Shown here piece after piece: positions 55,057 to 64,000 of a stretch of DNA of 64,000 nucleotides. Each line of letters opens with the position of its first letter. Position 1 is the first letter of the stretch. Below the pieces are notes generated by a model. It made no database searches, was not told the origin of the DNA, and was given only the letters and a program-made list of their open reading frames with translations. This DNA comes from Vulcanimicrobiota bacterium (lineage in GTDB: Bacteria > Vulcanimicrobiota > Vulcanimicrobiia > Vulcanimicrobiales > Vulcanimicrobiaceae): the NCBI GenBank assembly GCA_963795855.1, contig CAWCIZ010000003.1, forward strand, positions 1,003,653-1,067,652, written 5' to 3'. The position numbers and the translations under genes are program-made.

Positions 55057-55216
55057 GAAAGCGGCGCGCCGTTCCATCCGGAAATCTCCGACTTTTTTGC
55101 GCAAACCCGGATGGTTTCTTCAAAACTCCGTTTTCGCAAAAAAGCGGAGAAGCAGCGATTTTTCCATGGAGGGGAAAATTGCGAGCGGTTTCAGGATGGA
55201 ACGGCGCGCCGCTTTC
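55057..55216 (+). repeat. Structured intergenic repeat, copy B (core 55080-55193, perfect 23-bp arms 55057-55079 and 55194-55216)
   Basis: GAAAGCGGCGCGCCGTTCCATCC ... GGATGGAACGGCGCGCCGCTTTC enclosing the shared 114-nt core. Confidence 0.9.
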
Positions 55217-55234
55217 GCGCGATAGGGAGTCGGA

Positions 55235-57542
55235 ATGCCGGATAACGACCAACCGCAGCTGATAACCGTCACCATCGATGGCGTAAAAGTGCAGGTGCCG
55301 AAGGGCACGCTGCTCGTCGAAGCGGCGAAGCTGATCAAGCGCGAGATTCCGGTGTACTGCTATCACACGAAGATGGGCCCGGCCGGACTTTGCCGCATTT
55401 GTTTGGTTGAAGTCGAAGGCATGCCGAAGCTGCAGATCGGCTGCAACACGGCGGCAGCGGACGGCATGGTCGTGCACACGGAAAGCGCGAACGCGGCGGA
55501 AGGCCGGCGCGCGGTGCTGGAATTTTATTTGAAAAATCACCCGCTCGATTGCCCCATTTGCGACAAGGGCGGCGAGTGCGATCTGCAAGATTACTCGATG
55601 GCCTACGGGCAGGGCTTTTCGCAGAGTATCGATCCGAAGGTTCCCAAGCCCAAAGCGGTCGATTTGGGGCCGACGATCGTGCTCGACGAAGAGCGCTGCG
55701 TCGTGTGTCAGCGCTGCGTCCGTTTCGACGACATCATCGTCGGCGAACGGCAGCTCGTGCTCAAAGACCGCGGCGTCAAAGACATCATCGCGACGGCGAC
55801 CGGCGACCCGTACCGCCACAATTTTACCGGAAACGTCACGGAACTCTGTCCCGTCGGCGCGCTCACGTCCAAGCAGTACCGCTTCAAGGCGCGGCCGTGG
55901 GATTTGCGGCGCACGACCACGTCCTGCACGCAGTGTCCCGTCGGATGCCAAATGCACGTCGACGTGCGGCACGGCAAAACGCAGCGCACCATGACGGTAA
56001 CCGGCGACGATGCAATCTCGGACTGGTGGCTGTGCGATCGGGGGCGGTACAACATCAACTTCTACGACAGCCCAGCGCGTTTGACGCAGCCGCTCTATAA
56101 GCAGAACGGGCAGTGGATGCAGATCGGTTGGGACGACGCGCTGCAGTTATGGGCGACTGCGATTGACGAAGCGGCGCGAGCGAATCCCAAGACGGCCGGC
56201 GCAATCGGCGGCGGCCGGCTTACGAACGAGGAAGCCTATCTGCTCGCTCACGTGCACCGCGCGAAAGGCGTGCAAAACCTCGATTGGCGTGCGGGGCGGC
56301 AGCGCCAAGCCGCGCCGGGCCGGGGAAGCGGCAAGCTGCGCGATCTCGAATCGGTCGACGCGATCGTCGTCATCGGCGAATCGCCGGCGGAACGCGCTCC
56401 GGTGATGGATCTGCGCGTGCGCAAAGCCGCATCGCGCGGCGGCGCAAAATTGATCCGCGTGGGTTCCTTCGACGAACCCTATCCCGCTGCGATTCCCTCC
56501 ACCGACGCCGCCGAGGTGCGCGACGCGCTCAAAGCCTTGCCGCAAAACGCGAAGCGAATCGCGATCGTTTGGGACGGCGTCGACTTGTCGCTCGGGAAAA
56601 CGCTTGTCGAATCGCTGCCGCAAAATGCGGAGGTTCTCACTTACATCACGGGCGAGCAGCCGAATGCGCGCGGGGCGGAACTCATGGGCATGCTGCCCGA
56701 GAGCGGCGGTATGGACACCAGCGCGATGCTGGCCGCTGCGCGTGACGGCGGAATCGCGGTGCTTTCGATTCTCGGCGCCAATCCCGTGCTGCACTATCCG
56801 GACATGCAGTTCGTGCGCGAAGCGCTCGAAAAAGTGCCGTTCGTGGTAGTGAGCGATTTGTTCATGACCGAAACTGCGCAGCTCGCAACCCTGGTGCTGC
56901 CTGCGAAGGGACCTTTCGAAAAGACCGGTACGACCACGAACATGGCGGGGGACGTGCTTCCGGTGAACGCCGCGAAATCGCTGGATTCGCCTCCCGGAGT
57001 GCTGTCGGATCTCGAAATGATTGTCGGCCTCGCGCAGCATCTCGGCGTCGCGCTGCCGTCCGCGGAAGAACTCGACGAAACGGTGATACGGCGTTTGGCG
57101 GCGCAGCCCGAAACGTTCACCTTCGGAGATCAGCGCTACGCGAGAATCGCTGCCGGCGAACTCGGGCGCGCTGCGAGGTTTGACGAAGGCGAATTGCGCG
57201 TCGTTCTGCAGCAGCGTATCTTTGCCGGCGGCGGCACGAGCGCGCACGACGAGCGTCTGACCGAGTTGCGGCCGCTTCCTGAAGCGGCGATGTCCGCGCA
57301 GGACGCATCGCGCCTCGGCGTGACGACGGGCGACTACATCGACCTGCAGTGCGGCTCGACGGTGATGCACGATCTGCTCGTGGACGTGCGTCCCGCGATA
57401 CCGCAAGGCACCGTTGCGCTCATCGACGGATTGCCCGACGCTCCCGGCGAACTGCTTCCCCGACGGCGCTGCCGCGCAGGTCGCGAACGTTCGCCGCGCG
57501 GATGCGGCAGTTGTACGCGAACCGCTTGGGGCGGCGCGATGA
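55235..57542 (+). CDS. nuoG: NADH-quinone oxidoreductase subunit G (frameshift near 57445)
   Basis: CYH, CRICLV, HPLDCPICDKGGECDLQ, CVVCQRC, N7-type CTQCPVGC...WLCDRG. Removing one C gives ...DAPANCFP...LGAAR-stop at 57542. Confidence 0.92.
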
Positions 57543-58546
57543 GCCACGCTTGGTGGACGCCCGCCGCCGGCATTTGGTGGATCGTGCTGGTCAAATGCAT
57601 CGTCCTGCTGTTCGTCGTGATCACGACGTTCGCGTACGCCATGCTGTTCGAGCGCAAGGTCATGGGCTGGATGCAATTGCGTCCGGGGCCGAACCGCGTC
57701 GGTCCATGGGGACTGTTGCAGCCCGCGGTAGACGCAGTCAAATTGATCTTGAAAGAAGACCTGACGCCCAAAACCGCGGATCCGCTGATCTACCGCCTTG
57801 CGCCGTTCATTTCGCTGATTACGGCGTTTTCGGTCTACGCGGTCATTCCGTTTTCGCAGCCCGCACCCGGCAACGTCTGGGCCATAAGCGACGTCAACGC
57901 GGGAATTCTCTTCATTCTAGCGCTTACGTCGATCGGGATCTACGGTATCTCGCTGGGCGGATGGGCGTCGGGATCCAAGTATCCGCTGCTCGGCAGCGTG
58001 CGCGCAACCGCGCAAATGATCAGCTACGAACTGGCGATGTCGATGTCGCTCGTCGGCGTGCTGATTCTCGCGGGTACGACCTCACTAGTCGGGATCGTCA
58101 ACGCGCAAGCCAAACTGTGGTTCGTCATTCCGCAACTCATCGGGTTCTTCGTCTACGTCATTACTGCGGTCGCGGAAACCAACCGCGCGCCGTTCGATTT
58201 GGTCGAAGCGGACGCCGAACTCGTCGGCGGGTTCAACACCGAATATTCCGGGCTGCGCTTCGGATTGTTCTTCATCGCCGAGTACATCAACATGCTCACG
58301 GTATCGTGTATCGCGACGCTGCTGTTCCTCGGCGGTTGGAACGCGATCGGCGGCCTTACGATGATTCCCGGCATCGTGTGGTTCCTCATCAAGGTCGGCC
58401 TGTTCATGTTCTTTTACATTTGGTTGCGCTCGACGTTTCCGCGTTTCCGCTACGACCGCCTCATGGCGTTCGGCTGGAAAGTGCTGCTTCCGGTCGCAAC
58501 GCTCAACCTCGTCCTGACGGCCGTCGCCGTCGCGATTTGGGGTTGA
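57539..58546 (+). CDS. nuoH: NADH-quinone oxidoreductase subunit H
   Basis: ERKV...RPGPNRVG, AQMISYE, AETNRAPFDLVE, PRFRYD. Confidence 0.95.
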   Translation: MSHAWWTPAAGIWWIVLVKCIVLLFVVITTFAYAMLFERKVMGWMQLRPGPNRVGPWGLLQPAVDAVKLILKEDLTPKTADPLIYRLAPFISLITAFSVYAVIPFSQPAPGNVWAISDVNAGILFILALTSIGIYGISLGGWASGSKYPLLGSVRATAQMISYELAMSMSLVGVLILAGTTSLVGIVNAQAKLWFVIPQLIGFFVYVITAVAETNRAPFDLVEADAELVGGFNTEYSGLRFGLFFIAEYINMLTVSCIATLLFLGGWNAIGGLTMIPGIVWFLIKVGLFMFFYIWLRSTFPRFRYDRLMAFGWKVLLPVATLNLVLTAVAVAIWG

Positions 58547-58620
58547 TATGATCGCAGTGCTTAGCGGGGCGCCCTCGGGGAGTGCTTACGCGATGCTTCC
58601 GCGCGCGGAGTGCCTTTACA

Positions 58621-59220
58621 ATGCGTAAAAATCTTTACAACGTCGGTGCGCTGCTCGCGGGCTTGGGCGTCACGTTCAAGTACATGTTCCAAAAGAAACC
58701 GACGATTCAGTATCCGTCGGAGAAGAAGAAACACGCGCCGCGCTTCCACGGGCTGCACGAATTGCGCCGGTACGCGGACGGCAAAGAACGCTGCATCGGC
58801 TGCGAACTCTGCTCGAGCGTCTGTCCGGCGAATGCAATTACCGTCATCGGCGCGGAAAACACGCCGGAAGATCGCCGATCGCCGGGCGAGCGTTACGCGG
58901 CGCGCTATGAAATAGATGAGTTGCGCTGCATTTTTTGCGGCATGTGCGAAGAAGCGTGTCCGACCGACGCGATCGTTCTCACGCCGCGATTCGAGATGTC
59001 GGATTTCCGCCGCGATTCGCTGATTTACGCCAAAGATCGCCTCATCGTTCCGCCGGAAGCAGGCGTCGGAACGCCGCCCGACGATCGCCCCGGCGGCATT
59101 CCCGCCGACCTCGGAAGCGTAGCGGAAAAGAAATCGACCGCCGATTGGCGCGACGGCTACGACGCCACGTGGCGCGGCCAAGTGCTCAAGACGCAGAAGA
59201 AAGGCCTGGCCGAGAATTGA
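58621..59220 (+). CDS. nuoI: NADH-quinone oxidoreductase subunit I
   Basis: CIGCELCSSVCP and CIFCGMCEEACP. Confidence 0.95.
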   Translation: MRKNLYNVGALLAGLGVTFKYMFQKKPTIQYPSEKKKHAPRFHGLHELRRYADGKERCIGCELCSSVCPANAITVIGAENTPEDRRSPGERYAARYEIDELRCIFCGMCEEACPTDAIVLTPRFEMSDFRRDSLIYAKDRLIVPPEAGVGTPPDDRPGGIPADLGSVAEKKSTADWRDGYDATWRGQVLKTQKKGLAEN

Positions 59221-59831
59221 TGATCGAGTTTTACATTCTCGCGGTGGTCTTGGTGGCAAGCGCGATCTTCGTCGTCACGGCCCAAAAGGCGGTCTACAGC
59301 GTCGTTGGGTTGCTCGCGCACTTCGCGGCGCTTGCGATCATGTATTTTTCGCTTGCCGCGGAATTCTTGGCCGTCATTCAAATCATCGTGTACAGCGGCG
59401 CGATTCTCATGCTGTTCGTGTTCGTCATCGCGCTGCTCTCGAGCGGCGTCGCGCCGTTTAGCACGGGGCCGAACCGGTTACCGAAGATTGCGGTCCCGGC
59501 GATCTTCGGCGTGCTCGTGATTCTCGGCTTTTTGATTTATGCAGCCGCGCATGCCCCTTCGGTGGGTCCGCACGTCGTCGCGGCGGGTACGTCGTCGGCC
59601 GCCGGACCGGTCGGCGCGGCGAACGTTTTCGGTTCGGTTGCGGATTTCGGGAGGGCGCTGTTCACGACGGATCTGCTGCCGTTCGAAATTACCGCATTCA
59701 TTTTGATGGTCGCGGTCATCGGCGTCATCCTGCTCGCGGGCGACTCTGCGCCGTACGTGCAGTCACGGCGCCGCGCGCGCATCGTCGAACGCGATATGCG
59801 CGAGGCCATTCTGCGCGCAGGCGAGGAGTAA
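59220..59831 (+). CDS. nuoJ: NADH-quinone oxidoreductase subunit J
   Basis: AEFLAVIQIIVYSGAILMLFVF, LPFE. Confidence 0.94.
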   Translation: MIEFYILAVVLVASAIFVVTAQKAVYSVVGLLAHFAALAIMYFSLAAEFLAVIQIIVYSGAILMLFVFVIALLSSGVAPFSTGPNRLPKIAVPAIFGVLVILGFLIYAAAHAPSVGPHVVAAGTSSAAGPVGAANVFGSVADFGRALFTTDLLPFEITAFILMVAVIGVILLAGDSAPYVQSRRRARIVERDMREAILRAGEE

Positions 59832-59832
59832 C

Positions 59833-60156
59833 ATGCCGCATGCATCGCTGCTCCCGGTGGCGCTCGTCAATTACATCAGCCTTTCGCTCGTGATCTTCGC
59901 AATCGGCGTCGCCGGAGTCGTGCTGCGACGCAACCCGCTCGTGATGCTCATGAGCATCGAACTGATGTGGAACTCCGCGAACCTGTTGTTCTTGGCATTC
60001 GCGCGCGCATGGCTGAATAATGCGGGGCACATTTTCGCCTTCTTGGTGATCACGGTCGCAGCGGCGGAAGCGGCAATCGGTTTGGCCATCGTGGTCGTCG
60101 TTTTTAGGGCTCGCGCGAACGTCGACGTCGACGAAGTCGCGTTGATGAAAGGCTGA
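59833..60156 (+). CDS. nuoK: NADH-quinone oxidoreductase subunit K
   Basis: RRN...MSIELM, AAAEAAIGLAI. Confidence 0.95.
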   Translation: MPHASLLPVALVNYISLSLVIFAIGVAGVVLRRNPLVMLMSIELMWNSANLLFLAFARAWLNNAGHIFAFLVITVAAAEAAIGLAIVVVVFRARANVDVDEVALMKG

Positions 60157-60158
60157 GG

Positions 60159-62111
60159 ATGCTGCTTTTTGTCATTTGGCTGGTTCCGCTGCTGGGCGCG
60201 ATCGTGTGCTGGGCACTGGGTCCTCAGCTCAAACGGTTCGCCGGTGTCGCGGGAAGTGCGGCGATCGCGGTTTCGTTCGTAGCGGCGCTGGCTTCATGGG
60301 GCGCCGCGACGCAAGGCTCGGGTTCGCAATTGGGCGCGCATCAGCCGCTCTTCTCGTGGATGCACGGCTTCGATTTCGGACTGCTGCTCGATCCGCTCTC
60401 GTTCATCTGGGTGCTGATCATCACGGGCGTCGGGTTCCTCATCCATCTGTATTCCGTCGGCTACATGTGGAACGACAACGCCGTCGCGCGGTTCTTCGCC
60501 TATTTGAATTTCTTCGTGTTCGCGATGCTCACGCTCGTGCTGTCGGACAACTTCGTAGGCCTTCTCGTCGGTTGGGGTCTCGTCGGCTTGGCTTCGTATT
60601 TTCTCATCGGGTTCTGGTTCTTCAAGCCTTCCGCCGTCGCTGCCGCGCGCAAGGCGTTCGTCATCAACGTCGTCGGCGACGTCGGCATGATGTTCGCGAT
60701 TTTCATCATCGTCTCGAAAGCCGGCTCCATCCGTTACGCCGACGTCTTCGCCAATCCGCACGCGCTCGATCCCTGGCTTTTCTGGACCTGCGTATTTCTC
60801 TTCATCGGCGCGGCCGCAAAATCGGCTCAGCTGCCGCTGCATACGTGGCTTCCCGACGCGATGGAAGGTCCGACTCCTGTTTCCGCGCTCATCCACGCGG
60901 CGACCATGGTTACTGCGGGCGTGTATTTGGTCGCGCGCTGCGCGCCGCTGTGGACGGCGTCGCACGATGCGCAGACGCTCGTGGCGACGGTCGGCTGTTT
61001 GACCGCGCTCGCGGGAGCATTGCTCGGTATCGCGCAGTGGGACATCAAACGCATTCTGGCCTATTCGACGATGTCGCAAATCGGCTACATGATCATGGGC
61101 GTGGGCGTCGGGGCGTTCAGCGCGGGCGTCGCGCACTTCTTCACGCACGCATTCTTCAAAGCGTGCTTGTTCCTCGGATCGGGCATCGTCATCCACGAAC
61201 TTTCCGACGAGCAAGACATTCGTTTGATGGGCGGAATGCGTACGCGCACACCGGTCGCGTTTTGGTCGATGGCCGCGGCGGTGCTCGCGATCAGCGGCTG
61301 TCCGGGCTTCGCCGGTTACTTCAGCAAGGATCAGGTGATCTACGGCGCGCTCGAGCACGGATACGTGTGGATGTGGGCCGTCGCGCTCATTACCGCGGCG
61401 ATTACGGCGTATTACATGCTGCGGCTGTTTTTCGTGGCGTTTTTCGGCGCATATCGCGGCGGCATGAATCCGGCCGACGTCGGGATCGAAACGGAGGTCG
61501 CGGCTTCAGGGGCGGCGATCGCCCACGATACGCACGAACCGCATGCGGAAGATCGCTCGCATGCGCCGGCTTGGATCATGGCGGTCCCCGTTGCTATTCT
61601 CGGGTTCTTCTCGTTCGCGGCCGGATACATCATGATCGGTCCGGGCTCGCCGTGGGCGCGGTTTTTCGATCGCTCGTTTCCGCACGAAACGCTGCCGCCG
61701 GCGACGATCAGCGAAGGCGTCACCACGATTCTCGCGGTTATCATGCTCGTCGTCGGCGCGGCAGTTGCGTGGCGGCGTTATGCCACGCGTGAGGCCCTGC
61801 AAAACGCGCCGGCGCGGCTCAAACGCGAAAGCGAAACGCTTCCGGCCATTCTCGTTCGTCTCTACTACTGGGACGATCTCATCGACGCGCTTTTCGTGCG
61901 TCCGTCGCAAGCGCTCGGCGAGTTTTTCGCGCGCTGGTTCGACCCGCACTTCGTCGACGGCGTCGTGCGCGAAATCGTGCTCACGAATCGTTTCCTGGGC
62001 TCGCTCGTGCGCAGCTTCCAGACCGGACTGCTGCGCGCGTACGCCCTCATCATCGTTTTCGGCGCTGCGTGCTTCGCCATCTACTACGCGTTGGAAGGAG
62101 CGATGCGCTAG
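60159..62111 (+). CDS. nuoL: NADH-quinone oxidoreductase subunit L
   Basis: KSAQLPLHTWLPDAMEGPTPVSALIHAATMVTAGV, THAFFKA. Confidence 0.95.
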   Translation: MLLFVIWLVPLLGAIVCWALGPQLKRFAGVAGSAAIAVSFVAALASWGAATQGSGSQLGAHQPLFSWMHGFDFGLLLDPLSFIWVLIITGVGFLIHLYSVGYMWNDNAVARFFAYLNFFVFAMLTLVLSDNFVGLLVGWGLVGLASYFLIGFWFFKPSAVAAARKAFVINVVGDVGMMFAIFIIVSKAGSIRYADVFANPHALDPWLFWTCVFLFIGAAAKSAQLPLHTWLPDAMEGPTPVSALIHAATMVTAGVYLVARCAPLWTASHDAQTLVATVGCLTALAGALLGIAQWDIKRILAYSTMSQIGYMIMGVGVGAFSAGVAHFFTHAFFKACLFLGSGIVIHELSDEQDIRLMGGMRTRTPVAFWSMAAAVLAISGCPGFAGYFSKDQVIYGALEHGYVWMWAVALITAAITAYYMLRLFFVAFFGAYRGGMNPADVGIETEVAASGAAIAHDTHEPHAEDRSHAPAWIMAVPVAILGFFSFAAGYIMIGPGSPWARFFDRSFPHETLPPATISEGVTTILAVIMLVVGAAVAWRRYATREALQNAPARLKRESETLPAILVRLYYWDDLIDALFVRPSQALGEFFARWFDPHFVDGVVREIVLTNRFLGSLVRSFQTGLLRAYALIIVFGAACFAIYYALEGAMR

Positions 62112-63554
62112 ATGTCTCTCGTGCTGATTCTGCTTCCGATTCTCGCGGGGTGCGCGCTCTTTCTCGTACCGCGCACGGATCGCGCGGTGAGCCGCGCGAC
62201 CGGCTGCGTCGTTGCCGCCGTCACGTTCTTCTTACCGCTCGTGGCCGGCGGCGACGGTACGTTTGCCGCGCGGTGGCTTTCGCGCCCGTTCGCCGCGTCG
62301 CTGCATTGGTCGTGGGGCGGACTCGCCTTCTGGATCGTGCTGCTGCTCGCGCTGTGCGCGTTTTGCGCGGTTCTCGCGACGAACATGCCGCAAACGCGTA
62401 CGATGGTCGCGCTTTTGCTCATGCTCGAGGGCACGATGATGGGCGTCTTCATGGCGCGCGACATTCTCGCGTTCGCGCTCTTCTGGGACCTCATGCTGAT
62501 TCCGCCGTTCTTCGCCTTGGTCGGCTGGGGCGAGCACCGCGACACCGCCTGGCGCTACTTGATCTACAACTTTTCCGGCGGTTTACTGCTGCTGCTCTCG
62601 ACCGCCGCCTTCGGCGTGTTGTACGGCTCGACCGACGTCATCGGTTCGTCCCATCAACTGATCGGGTCTTGGGCACCGTGGGTGTTCGCGGGCTTCGCCG
62701 TGGCGTTTGCGGTGAAGACGCCGCTGTTTCCGCTGCACACGTGGATGCCTGCCACGTACGCAGATTCGCCGCCGGTGATGGTATCGCTGGTGAGTTCGAT
62801 TCAGTCGAAGGCGGGGCTCTTCGGGTTCCTTGTCATCGGGCTGCCGTTTTTCACCGATGCGATGAGCGCGTGGAAATGGATTTTCATCATCGCCGGCCTC
62901 GTCTCACTGCTGTACGGCGCATTCATAGCACTCGTGCAAACGGACGCGAAGCGCATCGTTGCGTATTCCTCGCTTTCCCACTTGGGATTGATCGTTTTGG
63001 CGATCTTCAGCCGCAACCCGATCGCGATTCAAGGCGCTTTCATCTATATCGTGGCGCACTCGCTTTTCAGTGCTGCGCTGTTCCTCATTCTCGGCTACAT
63101 CGAGGAACGCGAGGACACGCGGTCGCTCGTGCGTCTGGGCGGTCTGGGAAGAGCGAACCCGAAACTTGCCGGCGCGTTTACGATAGCGGCGCTCGCGGCG
63201 CTGGGATTGCCGGGCCTCGCCGGATTCGTCGGCGAGATAGTGATCTTGACGGGCGTGTTCAAGAACGGACTCTTTTGGCCGGCGCTGATCGCGCTCATTC
63301 CCATCGTTCTCGCGTCGGCGTACATGCTGCGTCTGCTTCAGGACGTCATCAACGGCCCGGTCCGCGAGGACATTCCCGAGCGGCGCGATCTGACGTGGAT
63401 CGAAGGCTTTGCGGTTGCGCCGCTGCTGGCGGCACTGCTGGTATTGGGCGTATACCCGCACGCGGTTTTGAACGCGGCAAACATGAGCGCGGCATCCGCC
63501 GGTAGCGCTCGCGTAGCCGGTGCGCGGCTCGGAATGGAGCGAGTTTCGCAATGA
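62112..63554 (+). CDS. nuoM: NADH-quinone oxidoreductase subunit M
   Basis: VKTPLFPLHTW, KRIVAYSSLSHLG, GLPGLAGFVGE. Confidence 0.94.
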   Translation: MSLVLILLPILAGCALFLVPRTDRAVSRATGCVVAAVTFFLPLVAGGDGTFAARWLSRPFAASLHWSWGGLAFWIVLLLALCAFCAVLATNMPQTRTMVALLLMLEGTMMGVFMARDILAFALFWDLMLIPPFFALVGWGEHRDTAWRYLIYNFSGGLLLLLSTAAFGVLYGSTDVIGSSHQLIGSWAPWVFAGFAVAFAVKTPLFPLHTWMPATYADSPPVMVSLVSSIQSKAGLFGFLVIGLPFFTDAMSAWKWIFIIAGLVSLLYGAFIALVQTDAKRIVAYSSLSHLGLIVLAIFSRNPIAIQGAFIYIVAHSLFSAALFLILGYIEEREDTRSLVRLGGLGRANPKLAGAFTIAALAALGLPGLAGFVGEIVILTGVFKNGLFWPALIALIPIVLASAYMLRLLQDVINGPVREDIPERRDLTWIEGFAVAPLLAALLVLGVYPHAVLNAANMSAASAGSARVAGARLGMERVSQ

Positions 63555-64000
63555 TTTCCAATCCATACACCTGGGCCGATTGGAACGCCGTCGCGCCGCT
63601 GTTCATCGTCGGCGGCGTCGCCGTGCTCGTGTTGCTCGTCGATCTCGTGATGCGCAAAGCAAACGGGTGGGTGTCCATTTTACTCGGCATCGCCGGTCTG
63701 GCCGCGGCGGGTGTCGTCGCCGCGCAAATCTACGGCCTTTCACACGACGCGTTCAATGGCGGCTTCGTGCTCGGCGGCTTCGCCGTCGTGCTGCAGGAGG
63801 TCATCGTCATCTCCGCCGCGTTTTCGCTTGCGCTGTTCCATGCAGCGCAGCGCCCCGACCGGATGGGCGGCATTGTCGCGCTCGTCCTCTGGGCGGCGAG
63901 CGGCGCGATGCTGATGGCGGGCGCCGCAAACCTGATGACGGTATTTTTGGGTTTGGAGTTGCTTTCGCTCGCGCTGTACTGCCTGTGCGCGATCGCGAGC
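63551..64000 (+). CDS. nuoN: NADH-quinone oxidoreductase subunit N (partial)
   Basis: ATGA overlap with nuoM; hydrophobic, ...NLMTVFLGLELLSLALYCL at the window end. Confidence 0.88.
   Translation, partial: MISNPYTWADWNAVAPLFIVGGVAVLVLLVDLVMRKANGWVSILLGIAGLAAAGVVAAQIYGLSHDAFNGGFVLGGFAVVLQEVIVISAAFSLALFHAAQRPDRMGGIVALVLWAASGAMLMAGAANLMTVFLGLELLSLALYCLCAIAS

Noticed and set aside
3261..57542. Programmed frameshifting or mass pseudogenisation
   Set aside because: Indels hit unrelated housekeeping genes with no shared slippery motif that I could see; sequencing error is more parsimonious.
55235..58546. Apparent NuoG-NuoH fusion (1103 aa)
   Set aside because: One extra base near 57445 explains it; the corrected frame ends in TGA overlapping the nuoH ATG (ATGA).

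Overview
GC-rich bacterial chromosomal segment made up mostly of core and metabolic genes. TonB-dependent receptors indicate an outer membrane; the protein style tentatively suggests Candidatus Eremiobacterota/Vulcanimicrobiota, which I could not verify. About 19 genes carry single-base frameshifts, densest at 23-31 kb, most likely uncorrected long-read errors. Contents in order: ABC ATPase, cytidylate-kinase-like protein + MFS, histone H1-like protein, Lhr helicase + metallophosphoesterase, DUF2182/DUF1326, an aromatic-CoA catabolic cluster (PaaH-like, thiolase, ALDH, TonB receptor, PaaX, BoxB-like diiron epoxidase, crotonase), DUF885, ATP-dependent DNA ligase + MBL exonuclease, cysK-asparaginase-metH, a pmm-dynamin-nagA-tauE-arsR operon, a cobalamin-riboswitch-controlled Btu uptake locus, hflX, and nuoA-N preceded by a perfect Rex box. 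The most unusual feature is a non-coding 114-nt element present twice, in opposite orientations, in spacers of the nuo operon. The two copies are 98/114 identical without gaps, show compensatory and G-U base changes, and each is closed by its own unrelated 18-23 bp inverted repeat. It is a candidate undescribed structured RNA or mobile element. No rRNA, tRNA, CRISPR array or transposase was seen.
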